A stretch of 64,000 bases of DNA from Phoronis australis (lineage: Eukaryota > Animalia > Phoronida): assembly GCA_002633005.1 (NCBI GenBank), contig NMRA01000396.1, positions 359,146 through 423,145 of the forward strand, written 5' to 3'. A program made the translations under genes and the position numbers. Numbering within the stretch: position 1 is the first letter of the stretch; each line of letters starts with the position of its first letter. Shown piece by piece: positions 1-13,053 of this stretch. The notes beneath the pieces were generated by a model. That model made no database searches and was not told where the DNA came from. It was given only the letters and a program-made list of their open reading frames with translations.

Positions 1-3000
1 CTTTAGCATGTGTGGACTGATGATGAAGGTAGGTAAATGTTCCATAGAGACAGGATTGAAAGGTGAGGTTAAAAACTTCAAAATATTTATAATTTATTAT
101 TACGTACACGACCACTGATACTTCTGTCTTCTGATTGGCTGAAATGCAATATAGCTTCCATTATGAGGTGATGATGACTACCTATCCTGGGATCATCACT
201 TTTCATTCATGCCACCCTGGCGATGGATGCTCGTGGTCTGAGGAATTACAGGCTGCTGACACTATAAACCCCTGATCGTGTGAACAAAACATGCAGATGA
301 TGACAGTACATCAGAGCAGGTGAGAACATGCCAATCTTGTAAGAAACGGAAAAATCAAAGGAAAGAAGCATTTTTTCGTCGTATAATAAAACAAATGTTT
401 AAGCTTTGGGACTGAAGGTGAAATTCAAAAATCCTAGGATATCCGTGGTTGGTTGCATGAAGTAGTCCCAAAGGGACTCAACTATGTTCTCTAAATTCTC
501 CTGGCATTTCTGGACTTTCTGTAAACACTGATTGTCTTCTCTTCTGCTCTTTTATCTGCATTGCTATGTTAAGCCTAGAGCTTTTAGTGAGAGAATTAAT
601 TCTATGTTGAGCTTTTAATCTTATTGATTGAAGTTAACAGGGGCCTTTTCATGCCCAAATTTATGGACTTGGTCCTTATCTATTTTCATTGAAATAACGG
701 CTCAATTTTCAAATACGATATTAGACAAAGCAGTACCCACAATAAAGATAAAATTACAACACGAGTGATTGATCCAAGTCTCCAAATGTGCTTGTAATTA
801 AGGGAACATAGTTGAATCCGTATTGGAACTGTTTCAACCAAACAGGAACTGATCTTTTAGGTAGCCTATATAATGGCTGGTTTCTGCAAACACCCCTGGT
901 AACTGCCTAACAGCTGACTGGCCAGACAACTACATGAGTCTGGCTGCACTGGGCTACTGCTTCGCCCTGTCTTTCATATTGTTGCTACCTAGTTGGAACT
1001 AAAAGTTTCTTGGAATTGTGCTGCTGAATTTTCGCTGACCTCGCTAAAATGTTACTTTTATCACTGCTGAGCTATGTTTATTTTCGTTTATGAAGATGTA
1101 CAATGCCTTCATCGATGCTTCTGTCTGTTGTTATTTGTTAAGCACACATGCTTTAATCTTGTGCCTTTTCTCTTATTATTTCAGCTGAAGTGGGCTGCCT
1201 GGGCTGCTGTCTTCTGTTCATTCATTAGTTTCGCCAACTCTCGTTCATCCGAAGATACAAAACAGATGCTCAGTAGTTTCATGTATGTATTTGAAACCAA
1301 TGTAGTGCATGTATTGAATGGTTTATTCAGCATTAATTAACCCTAAATGTAATACAGTACAACACTGTGGAATGTATTATAACACTGCACAAATTTAATT
1401 TAGACAGACATTGCCATGAGAAAACATGCTGATTGAATTTTTTTTTTTTTGATTTCCTTAAATTTTGCTTGCCTTCAGCATAAGAAATGACCAATTAAGT
1501 CTTGTTCACACATATAAAAACTGTACTGAGTTTGTTTTGATATCTTAAAGTATTAGCTTAATTTTTTGTTGGTCATTTTCAGGTTATCCATTTCTGCTGT
1601 TGTCATGTCCTATCTTCAAAACCCAGTTCCAATGACCCCTCCATGGCAGTGATGAGGATTACTTGGACCAACAGAGAAACACAGAGAGAGTGTCTTATGA
1701 GGCGTTGGATTGAGCGGACATTAAAATTGTGCAATGTGTCAAAATGAACTTGGAACTATGTGCTCACCTAGAGCAATCATGGGAGTGTGGACACTTCAGA
1801 GACCATGTCATTTTACATCTATATTATTATCATTCTTCATCATGTTTCAAGTATGATCACAGCATGTACTGTCCCTGATTATTTAAAAAATATCCAGAAG
1901 TAATGGGAAAGTAAAGGGCCTTGTTTTTGTGAGAAGTGGGATTCCTAAGCTGTGCTATTTCTGGGAAATAAAGACACTCCGAGGAGTGTTTCAGTGTTGT
2001 GTAAGATGTATTGGAAAAATTGCCACATGTTGTTGAAATGAAAACTTTTCCTTAATGAATCACTGTTGTGTCTGCTTTAAAGTAATGACCAGGGCACATG
2101 CTTTGCCTCAAGTTGTTTAGTTTGTTTCTGAAAAGGGTCCACACAGGTTTCTAAAAATCTCCCTTGGGAATGTTTTTAAAATTACTTCCCTGAACACTTT
2201 GCACAAGCATGATTGCCAGACCTACCATTTTTCGTTTAAAGGCCGAGTACTTTGTTGCAAATCGTGGAAGCTTAACCCAATGGTGATTTCTTACCTCAGG
2301 ACCTCTACACAGCACAAACTAAGCTAATGATAGACAAAATTATATTAATATTTATTTTTGTTGCACAACTTGACAAAATAAAGTTTTTCTTGTTCTTTCA
2401 TATTGCACTGGAAATAGGAAGGAAATTACCCAAATTTTCTAACGAGCCATCTCCCTTGGACCACTGTGTTTTTTAGGGTATGTAAGCCAGAAATCCGTAG
2501 TTAACAACGTCAGTGCTCAATCAGTGGAAAGTGGAAACGTTGAAATATTTTCCTATTGACCTACTCGCCTCACAGAGGCGCGAAATTATGGCGAGGGAAA
2601 CATACTAAAGCTTGCTTGTTTTGATGCCATTCATCTGATTGGTAGTGTTAAAGGGTGCGTCTTGGTTAGTTAGTTTTAAGGCCATGAATATCGCAATGGA
2701 CACGTAGCAGTTCTAGTTAAACTACACCCCTGTAGAACGACAGGTCATTTTGTCACAGCACTCCTTGCAGTTTATCGTGACAACTTGGACCTGCAACACC
2801 TGAACCAACAATTAAGAAGTTATGAAACTTTCTGTCGGCATGACAATTTTGATCGTTGTGACAACTTGTGTGTGCTCAGTGGTTCTGCCTCTTGGTCTGT
2901 CAATGTATGGCAAGCGAGATTTTGTCGGTCTGTTTTGCGTTTTCAAAAACATTTTACTGTTTTATGAACAAAAAATTGCATGTCCAAATCTACCACTCAG

Positions 3001-3430
3001 TCCAAACTATGAGAATTAAATCTGGGGTCATGGTTGTTTGAGCATTCCGGTCAACACGAATTTCCAGTATAAACCCGTGGCGGATTTTTAAGGGGGCCAA
3101 GCTATTAAGGGGCTCATAGCCCTCCCAAACTCTTCCAGATTCCACTTGGAAGTTGGGGGGTGCTAGTGTCTGACCTGTTAAAACCTGACTAACACTCTGC
3201 CCTGCCCCTCCCCCAAACAAAAAATCTTGGATCCCCCTACAACCCCTGAATTGGTCATACATGTAATTAATCCACACTGATCGCCAGGTTACCGGCCACT
3301 TCTTCCGTGATCGCCAGAATTCTTAACCCAGGTCGTCTCGATGTTTGCCCATTTTTCCATCGAAGAGATTTTGTAGCTAGTAGGGGTGGCCTTTGGGTGC
3401 CTTGAGCTATACTTAACATATAGTTTATTT

Positions 3431-3548
3431 CATGGGCGGCGCAGCACTGAAAAAAGTGGGGGGCTAAAGCCCCCTCNAGCCCAGCACTGAAAAACGTGGG
3501 GGACTATACCCCCCACCGCTCCCAGCCCCCTATGTTGCGCCGCCCAAG
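3431..3548. mobile_element. Small GC-rich MITE
   Basis: TIR CATGGGCGGCGCAGCA / TGTTGCGCCGCCCAAG; no clear TSD. Confidence 0.5.
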
Positions 3549-6185
3549 CATTATGGTTAATTGTCCACGAAATCCTTGCCCTGTTTGGTAGCAGTTGACA
3601 ATCATTGGCACTCGTCACTTGATGTACATGTAGGGCTCTGCGCATTGTTCCAATTCCGGCTATTCCAATTTCGACAGTCTCTTGGTCAGTAAAGGAAAAT
3701 CCTCGTTTTGGGATGCGATCGGTAGGTGTTGTTCACAACTGTTTTCTTATTCATTAGAGTACAAAAGCGTAGGATATATGCTAAATGTCTAGGCTAGGAT
3801 TTAGTCATGCTTGCAAGTGCCCCATTGACTTAAACTTTGTGATCCTCTTCGTACTAGGTTTATCGAACGATCGAAGAAAAATAGATAGTTATTTGAAAAA
3901 ATCAACTGTCTGAATAGTTTAATGTGGAAACACTAAGTAAACATGTTCAGTATTTTGCTATTTCGCATAGCCTTTCAACGTCAAAAACCGTTGATTTACT
4001 GTTGCAGCGTCTTATGTCTTCCTGATATGGACCATAAACTTCCGCAGTTTTCAATATCTCAAACTTCAGCTGGGAAATTGATCGACAGTTGAACAACTGA
4101 CTTATCAACCGTGAAGAACTAATATTGGAGCAGCTCCACCTTTAGTTTACCAAAAATAACTTTTAGTGATATAGATCCTCCGAAATCGGTTTCATCTTGC
4201 TTGTTGCTTCTCATATTATGGTTTCTAGGCTAGAGAAGACTAATTTACAGGCCGTTGTTGCCCAACTAGACGAGGCTCGTTCCAACAGAATTGACTTAAT
4301 TAGCTAAGACAAATCTTAAATTTAAGTCAAAAATGAACTTAAGTCAGTTTCTTGGAACAGGCCCCAGACCTGCCTGTGGTACGGGAGTCAATCTACTTTC
4401 AGCCATCAAAGGCCGTCAGGGAAATTCCAAGTTCATTATAACAAGTTTCGAACAATACAAATTAAACATAAAATAGCGATGACGTTGCCTAGAAAAACCA
4501 AACAGGCCTGTGTTGAAACTTAACTTTTAATCCGTGTACTAAGGTAAGGATGGAGGTATTTCGGCAAACCTCCACTTGAATAAAACTGACTTTGTACAAA
4601 TTTGTGCTGGCGTATTACTCAGCGTGATTGGCTTCATGCTCCGGCACACATTCGGTAAATACGGAAGTGCTTGGGGACGACTTCACTTGATGACCACTTA
4701 TATGGGGCTGCTTATAGCTTTTCGACTGGATCAATGTTAATAAAGTTCAAGCAAAAAGAGGCCCGAAAATTATGTTTCCTAGAAATTATTATTTTCACAA
4801 AAATACCAGTTAACTGAAATTGAATTTTTCAATCCATTGGGATTTCGAAAGTGCATATTGTCATGGGCTGAAAATAAACAGTGCAGTGTCTTGATGAAAC
4901 GGTTGTGAAATAACTTCTCGAAGGTTGACATCTACCAGTAACCTCGCTGCCCGAGCATGCGTTTATCCGGCCTGACACGATCACATCACAGAAACAAAAT
5001 TTTGGTTTGACATCAGGGCACGGTGTCTAATTTTTGCAAACCATGGAGTACTTGCACAAATGTATTACAGAAATGTCAAAAATAGTTTCGAGCTAAACGG
5101 TTTGAGTAGAAAGGATTATAAAATTTATCTAGCAACATTTTGTTGGTCAAACTACATAACTTACATACTAAAAGGCGAATGCGTCAGTGCTTTTCAATGC
5201 AACTTGATTATTTTTATTTGCCAAACAAACTCTAGTGTTGATTTAGTAGATTCGTATCATGTTTCAGGCTCAGCCGAAGGCACACCCGAGTGTCATTTCC
5301 CAATATTGTACCAGGAAGTAAAACGTACGGCAAATGAATACAGCAAAAGCATAGTTTTACTTTCTTCATTACAGACGGTAAACATGCAGACGTCTACGGT
5401 GATTATACCAACCCATTCACTCTGACTATTCTATCAAAAAGGCTACACGATTCAGTAACAATGAGCAGGCCTATTGCCTCGCGCTCATTTCAAAAGACGC
5501 CTAAGGTGCAATATCAGGTACATGTGCCGAACGAGGATTGGTTGAATTCGATAAGAACAACGGAGTTTAGTATTCTTTTAAACTCACGTAAGGTATTAAC
5601 CGGTTAACCCGGATAAACTGTCTGTCATTAGACCGCCAGGAGGCTTTTCACTGCTTCCCTTGCTCAGAACTATTCAGGAAGCAAGACAACCTCCTGATGT
5701 GATCGAGGACTGGGTGTAAGCGTGGTTTACTGATTAGACGGCACAACTCCGCCTGGCTCTTACAGTGCTCAAGCTCCAAGTAAGTGCAGTGTTGGACTCA
5801 GTAAGTGGTGTCCTTTCAGGCAAATTTCGTTAACGGCCGTTCAGTGGTACATTTATACGCCTTTGCCAAACTGCGATAATTTTGTCCATAAACATGCACG
5901 GGGATGTGATGAATTTTAATATTATTTTTTGAAAAGAACTTAAAGGAGGCTAGATATTTTTTTTTTCTTTTTTATGGCTGTATACATGTACGTGCGAATT
6001 TTGTTTAGCGAAATATGCAGTAGCTGCTCTGAACAAATCTTGATGCCAAACTGGGCGCCGGGACTACACCAACTCTCAAAGTATCTTTAAATAATAGTTG
6101 GTATTAAATGTTACGGAACAAAATATCTGTCTCCCGGTCGACAATAAACGGTGCAACAATCGCCATCGACATCCATGGTCACAAT

Positions 6186-6830
6186 GGCCGATTTCATAAA
6201 GGTGGTTTAAAGTTAAACCTGTTTAAACTGGATTTAGACCAGGTTTAAATTTAATCTGCATTCCATAAAAGTGGTTTAACTTTTAAACCAGTAGTTTAGT
6301 AAAACCTGGTTAAACTCCAGTTTAGACCTGGTCTAAGTCAGTTCTTCATTTCACCAGCAGGGACATATTCTTAAGACCTGTATTATATACTTAGACTTTT
6401 CGGTCACTCCCAGGTTAAAAACTGTTAAACATGGCAGACTTGAACGTTATAGATGCAACAGAAAAGATGTCCGTGCGGCGTGCAATTACGACAGTTTTGA
6501 GCGAGAATGGATTATTTCCAATTTTTAGTTTTACAACGGCACAATGAGATCAAACGTAGCAGGGGGTCGGGTCAAAGATTTGTTTAAAAAAGGAGGTCAA
6601 AGTCAACAACTTTAAAACTATGGATTTGATATCCGTATCTATAAAATCAAGGAAAAAGGGGGGTCTAGACCCCTTGACCCCCTGGATCCCCGGCCTATGA
6701 GCAGACCGGTGTTGCAGGGTGTCCGTCAAATTCAGAATACGACTGGTCGACCAGGGCGTCATAATTGTGAGCACTACGGGTTTAACTAAAGAAGGCATCT
6801 TCTGACATTTCTGAGTTCAACTGATGAAAT
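6186..6830. mobile_element. Copy-A-specific insertion with Harbinger-MITE-like start and palindromic AAACC/GGTTT repeats
   Basis: Starts GGCCGATTTCATAAA, with many GGTTTAAA/AAACC motifs; interrupts homology with 42080-42600. Confidence 0.4.
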
Positions 6831-7279
6831 TTTGCCAACTCCATGGATCCTTGCCGGTTACTACTTGAGGGATTGTGGGGGGGGGGGGCAAAAGGTGCAC
6901 CAACTGAGAATTTACTAATAGGCTCCAAAATGGTGTTTTGTAACTTATAAGCGTACTTGCAGTGGAAGTCGAGTATTGGAAGCAACACGATTGTAGAGCG
7001 TGGTTTGTATACTGTGCCTTGCGTACTCATTGTAATCCAACACCAGCCTTTATATATTTTACTTACAGTAGATCGCTCGAGTAAGATTACATCTCCTCTC
7101 GTGCGAGCTAATCCGGCGTTGGCATAAGAGCCGGAGTCCGCTCAAAAATACATCGGCAAAGAGATAATTTACGAGAAAGGGGAGCAGAAGAAATGATGTG
7201 CAGTTATGAAAGCATAAGTGGTAGTTTGGGTGCGGACTAACGAAATGTTGTCCATTTCTATGACAATATTTGTCATTCA

Positions 7280-7545
7280 ATTGCTGGTGAGCCGACCCGT
7301 GGACCAGACGGTCTCGCCACCTGGTGACTGCTTAAGAACGGCTTGAGTTCCAATAGCAACACCTACTGGCTGTGCCTCTGGAAACTTAGGAGAAAGGAAT
7401 GGACTGGATTTGAAAACAAGGGAATAAAATGTTAAAAGTGACACAAAATGTCCAGTTTTGTTGACAAGTGAAAGAACAGTTCGGCTGAATAAGATAAGGA
7501 GTTTGTGAAAATGTCTTTTTTTAGATTTCCCACGCGGGTTGTGAG
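7280..7545 (+). other. Putative non-coding 5' exon of TLR copy A (start approximate)
   Basis: Block homologous to 43080-43321 that ends at a consensus donor GAG|gtaagt; similarity between the copies stops right after the donor; coding exon 1 begins with a splice acceptor, so an upstream exon is needed. Confidence 0.55.
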
Positions 7546-9173
7546 GTAAGTGACGTGGGTTTAGTAGCTAAAATGGCACGATTTCAACTTATGCTTTCAT
7601 GCTCATGCTTTCATGCCGTGCCCCTGGTGTCAATTGTTTATGACGTTTGCCTTTATATCTTAGGAGCTCATTGGTTTAGTCTTATGAAATTTTGCAAACA
7701 GCTGTGTTTTACAGAGCCAAAGCAACCTTCTCAATTCAGAAGGGCTACTGCATTTTGTGTCATTTAATAGCCATTTTTATGATAATTAAACAATCATAGA
7801 AGCATAGCGTTTGCGGTGCTATCGTAGGCACATTTCGTTGCTCTTGTTAATTTATGAAATTCATTTAATGTTCAAATAATTGCCGCTCGAAAGTACGGGA
7901 AAGTAATTGAATTTGCCTGCGGGGAACACCATTACAGGCCTACGGCGCTCGCCGGCGCAAATATGGAGTCAGCGGCATGACAGAAACAACCCATAGCTTC
8001 ATTATTGGGATCGAGTCACGTTTTATGCTGTACTTAAAATAGACAGTGCAATATATCAAATACTTATTTTAGTCTATTATATGTTGAATGTATTGTACCC
8101 GTATTAAAATACCAACCATTTATAACAAAATACTTTTAAATTGAAAAACGCTTCATCGTTTTAAGATAAACAGACATCGTACTGTGCGAGAATTATTTTT
8201 GTGTCAGAAATAACACAGAAACATGATAGATTTATTCAAGGTGGCAATAAAGATGATGAGATGCAATTTCCATAGCATGATTCAAGCGAGGGTTTTCAAA
8301 AAAAAAGATTAACGGGTGCATCTGTATTTTATGCCTAATGTACCAAAACGAGGGAGTCGTATGTCTGCGTCACACAAAGCATTGAAATGGGCTCATAGTT
8401 CAAGTTTTTCCTTATTCAATGTTTTATATAAGCCGATCGTGATAAACCATGTTCTCGTGACTAAAACATCATCAACTTTCTTCCCAGATTTAGGATTATT
8501 TGCACCCGTCTACACTAGCAAGGATTAAACTCAGAGTTACTGCAGGTGATGTTTTGATGCTTTTGGCAACGCTATCAAATTCTAACACACTGTTTTGGCA
8601 ACCACGACCGAACTTGAGTTTGTTGATGTTTAGTGAAGAGTTTGGCATCCAGTTTCTTAATAACTATTTACGCTTGCAACANGTGTAGCTAGCTGACGAG
8701 GTATGATATGCTACGTATTTCGATTTAAACGAAGATCACAAACTCGTTTTGTGTTTTCTGCGACTTTTTACCCTTTGAAAAGAAAACCTGTCAGTGTCAA
8801 GTCTCAAACAACTCTCTTATACATCTGACATGACAAATGATGGGCTGAATAGTTTTTAATTTTGGAAATGAAGTAGAAGAAGTTTGTGCAGTATGAAAAT
8901 AATGAATCACCCTGAGTTCATGTTGCATGTTTGAGACATCTCAACTCAGTTCAGCTTTTCCAATGAGTAGTTTATTCCCGCTGGACAGGCTCACATTACG
9001 TCACAAGTATAAAAAGTTATTGAGCGATTGGGTCTTCTTTGCAGCAGCCTCTTCCAAGCTTGTCGGTACGCAAGCTGCCCTTTTGAACACTGAAAAAACA
9101 CGCGATTTCCCGCTGCTGGCTAAAATGGTTAATATTCATCCACCTCCACAAACTTTACCAAACAGTATTCAAA

Positions 9174-9435
9174 CATGGGCGCACCCAGGGGGTGCTCGCG
9201 CGATCCCCCCCAATTTGGCGAATTGGGCAATAGGTCCGCCTCAGCGAAACGTCCGATTAAACTAGACAAAAGTCCACAAAATCCACTGGAAGTCGGCGCG
9301 AATGCACAATTCCTGGGCCTGAACATGCATGTAGTGGCTCTGTTTTTTTTTAGTCCTCGTTAATTTCCTCCAGTAAAAGGTCCGCATATCGAAAAATTCG
9401 ACCTCCCCCTATATTTTAGGCTGCGTGCGCGCATG
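9174..9435. mobile_element. MITE (262 bp) with 5-bp TSD
   Basis: TIR CATGGGCGCACCCAG / CTGCGTGCGCGCATG, flanked by TCAAA on both sides. Confidence 0.65.
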
Positions 9436-12065
9436 TCAAATGATCAATCAAACGTCAGCAAAGTAACTCGTTAGGTCGTGCTTGCTAAGCGGTCCACACT
9501 GGCAAACTTTTGCTTCAGTGCCAACAAAAGGGTTGCCAATGTGGATTGGGCTTTATCAGATTTCTTTCTTATCGTTATGAGCAATGTTTTGCGCCTGTCA
9601 CTAACATGTCACTTCCAGCCACCTAGTGTGCTGTCTCAGTGTTTTAAAATGGGTCGACAGCGTTGTTCGACAAATTGACCCATTATGGTGTGCAATTAAG
9701 AAGCGGTTATGACCAAAAAATGGAAAAGAAATTGTTTGTTAATGAGCTCACTATCTCGCATAAGCCCATGATTAGATTATTTTCTGAGGAAATCTTTGCT
9801 TTAGTTGCTTTGGAGCTTTCCTGATATATAGTCGATAACTATTGGGAAACTTTCAGGGGCCACGTCTCAAGTCATTGACACGTAAAACTTTTAACACATT
9901 GTTATTGCTGAACTTGGTCAGCAGGTGCATATATATATAGGGCCTAATTGAATGGCGGTCACGCCATGTCTTGTCTTGAATATCGGTGGCATTCAAATTC
10001 AAGCACAAGGACAATGCTGTCCAGCTGATCAATTAATGTCACTGTACAAAAGAACAACGCTAACTGAGGGTTAAATTATATTATGCATGGAAATGTCGAG
10101 ATCCCAACTCTACATTTACATGTATGTTATGTTAATAGTTATCCGATTAAACCAATCATTACATGTAGTTGCAACCTAATTAACGTTCGGAGGTACATGT
10201 GTAGCAGACAGAAAATATTAACGCGAACCTCAGGGTCTTCAAATTGGCTCATATCGGAGGCTCTGAAGGTCATTTAGAAAAAAATGCGCGCAATCTCTTA
10301 CACGTTTGTACCAGACGTTAGCATGACGCTCAGGCGGGCCCATTGCATGGATCACCTGGAACCATTTTATGCTTTATTGGTATTGTTAGTTAAAACTGAG
10401 CTGAGGCGCCAGAGACCTGACTCAAAAGTGTGCCCCAGTGGGACTCTAATTCTTGACCTTTAGTAAAGGAAGTGGACACTTATTGCCACTAGGCCATATT
10501 GTATGCTCTGTGGGTTAATTGAACTTTAGCCTTGTTTTCTGAAATTTAAAGCTTGCAACATGGGCTTACGTTTTAATACACCTGACATGTGAATTTATGA
10601 GAGTACAACATCTTTAAAGATAAATTTTCACCAAGGAAAAAACTCGATCAACAAGTCCCAGCAATATCTCATGTTGATTGTTTTCGAACATTTTGGAATA
10701 GTTACATAATACATTTTGTAGTATTTTGATTTTACGTATGCTGAATAACCAGCATTTTTTAATTTAAATTTATGAAAATTGTCCAATATAATTTAAACGA
10801 TGCAACTGTTTGCACTTTGTCGCAAAGTGTCGCAGAACATCAAATCAGCACTACTGACGTAAAAAGCCGGGAACATGGGTGAGAGTGTTCCCCACTCATG
10901 AATATGGGGAGCAACATGACGGGAGATCGACCTCAGTGGCAACGCATCGACTTACGTATCCCTCCTGTCAAGAAACGTTATTCAACATAGCGCATGCCTT
11001 TCACCGACATGATGTGAATGTGTGTTAAACTGTTATGATTTTTCTGACCACGTATTCCTGTAAATAATGGAGAAATCGTGCACTGTAACTCGACACGAAT
11101 GTTATTGTAATTACTAAGACCTGGTTTAGGATTTGACACGTGTATGACTAATTCTCTTAATTTCACATAATTCGGTTCGAGGTCACTCGTCAAACATTAA
11201 CTTGAAAAAATAGTGCGTGCATGAGGCTGAAGGACTGTCTACCTGTCGGGGGATGGGTCTTGTTTTGTGTTTTTTTTTTAATGTATAAGACTGCAGCCTT
11301 GACTGTTCGCGCTGTGGTAGACCTAGTAGACGTCGACAAATCTTGGTGAAATATCTTCTTGTTCAAAACTGTAGGCTATTTCAGTTTTACACGTTGCGTA
11401 ATTTTTGTATATATTCATATCTGCATTTTCTTTGTCATGATACATGTATATGACTTTGTATCTCACCTGTGCGTTTTTTGATTTAACATCAACTTGGTTT
11501 GGAAAAGCTACGAAGTTAGATTTTAACATCTAACATGTGAGAAATTTAATTTTCCTGACCCAGCTTAACGTGAGCGCTATTTATATCTTACATGACGTGT
11601 ATTTTACTGTCGAATGGCTTGGTCTAGTGCAATTGTATAAAAACTATGACCTAATTCTAGCAGATACTTAAATATGGCTTTATTCATTGTTGAAACAGGA
11701 AGCTCTCGTTCACAATTCCCCAGCTCCATTGTATTCCAGCATCATGTGGAAGGCATGGCAATGTCATCTTCTATCCCGTGAAACTCAAACATGCGTTTTG
11801 AAGATCACGTAGTAGGTAATACGATCTATCAACAGAGGAGTGCCAAGCACATGTACCTAAATGCCTATGGGAAAAAACAAGGTCTGAGCACTGGCATTTC
11901 CTGCATCGAGTCTTGTATGCGCCGTCAGTTTGGTTGTGAGACCATTGACTGGAGGTAATTTGTGACCAAATTTCAATTGCGTAAAAATAAGCGACTTGTT
12001 ACCTTTCGAATGTCAGAACTCTTACCTGTCAAGTACGCTCTCTTCATGTATTTGCAGGTTCAAGG

Positions 12066-13053
12066 ATGCTTCGTTTGGATTACCTTATCTCGGTGCTGTG
12101 GGTGTCAGTGGCTCTCATCCAAACAGCTCTTGGTGGCCATGTAACGGAGTCAGTGGTTTGTGGTGCGCCCAGCGGCTGCACGTGCCAAGGATCAAATGGT
12201 GTTATAACAATGGTGTCGTGTATTGGTCTTGGCTTGGGTGCCTTCCCAAATTTACCAAAAACTGTTATTAGAATAGATTTATCAAACAATGACATTACAA
12301 ACATCTCCAAAAGTGATATTGGCGTGTACTCGTCATTAACGGACATAAATCTATCTAAGAATGATTTAAATTTTCTGGGTGATGACGTTTTTGTTGACGC
12401 GGGTAATTTGAAGAAACTGAATCTCTCGGAAAATCCGTTGTTCTTGAGAAATTGTTCAGTGTTTTCGCCGCTGAAAAAACTTGAAGTGCTGTCACTTAAA
12501 TACACCGACACAGATCAGAATTGCATTAAGCAGATTGGATCGAGTTCACCTTCCCTTCACTTCTTTGCTGGGCGTGTTTCGAACATCAGAGTTGTCATGT
12601 CCCACTTAAGGAATTTGCGAACCCTCGATGTGGAGCGTAGCTATCTGCAGACACTATCAGTGAACGATTTCACGACCAATAATTCTTTGATCCTGGAAAG
12701 ATTGTCTCTTCGTGAAACTGGACTAAAGACAATTATGCCAAATACATTTTCCAAACTAAAAAACTTAACCTTCCTGGACCTTTCCTGCAACGAAGATTTG
12801 ACGTTTAAAGGAGCAATGAAGGGTCTGGAAGGAATCAACGAAACTTCAATTCGTTCCCTAATCCTTGACAGCGTCAACATGCGAGATAGTATAAAGTATA
12901 CGTTGCCAGCCACGAGAAGAGACTTCGCATCTCTAAAAGGAACACATATAAAACATCTCAGTATTCGATATAATAAGATTGTGCCATATGCTGGAACTGT
13001 GCTCTTCTATTTACCTGACTTGGAATACATTAACTTGGATGGAAACTACATAG
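12066..13053 (+). CDS. TLR copy A coding exon 1 (signal peptide, LRR-NT, N-terminal LRRs)
   Basis: Acceptor tttgcag|GTT at 12058, ATG at 12066, donor TAG|gtaag after 13053; the ORF-track extension to 13148 is intron read-through. Confidence 0.92.

Noticed and set aside
1-2400. Short ORFs and possible exon remnants at the window start
   Set aside because: No recognisable domain or consistent splice chain could be supported.
12080-12913. Minus-strand ORFs overlapping TLR exons (also 16850-17164, 45594-45917, 52419-52733, 18049-18336, 53654-54082)
   Set aside because: Antisense shadows of the coding exons with no independent motifs.
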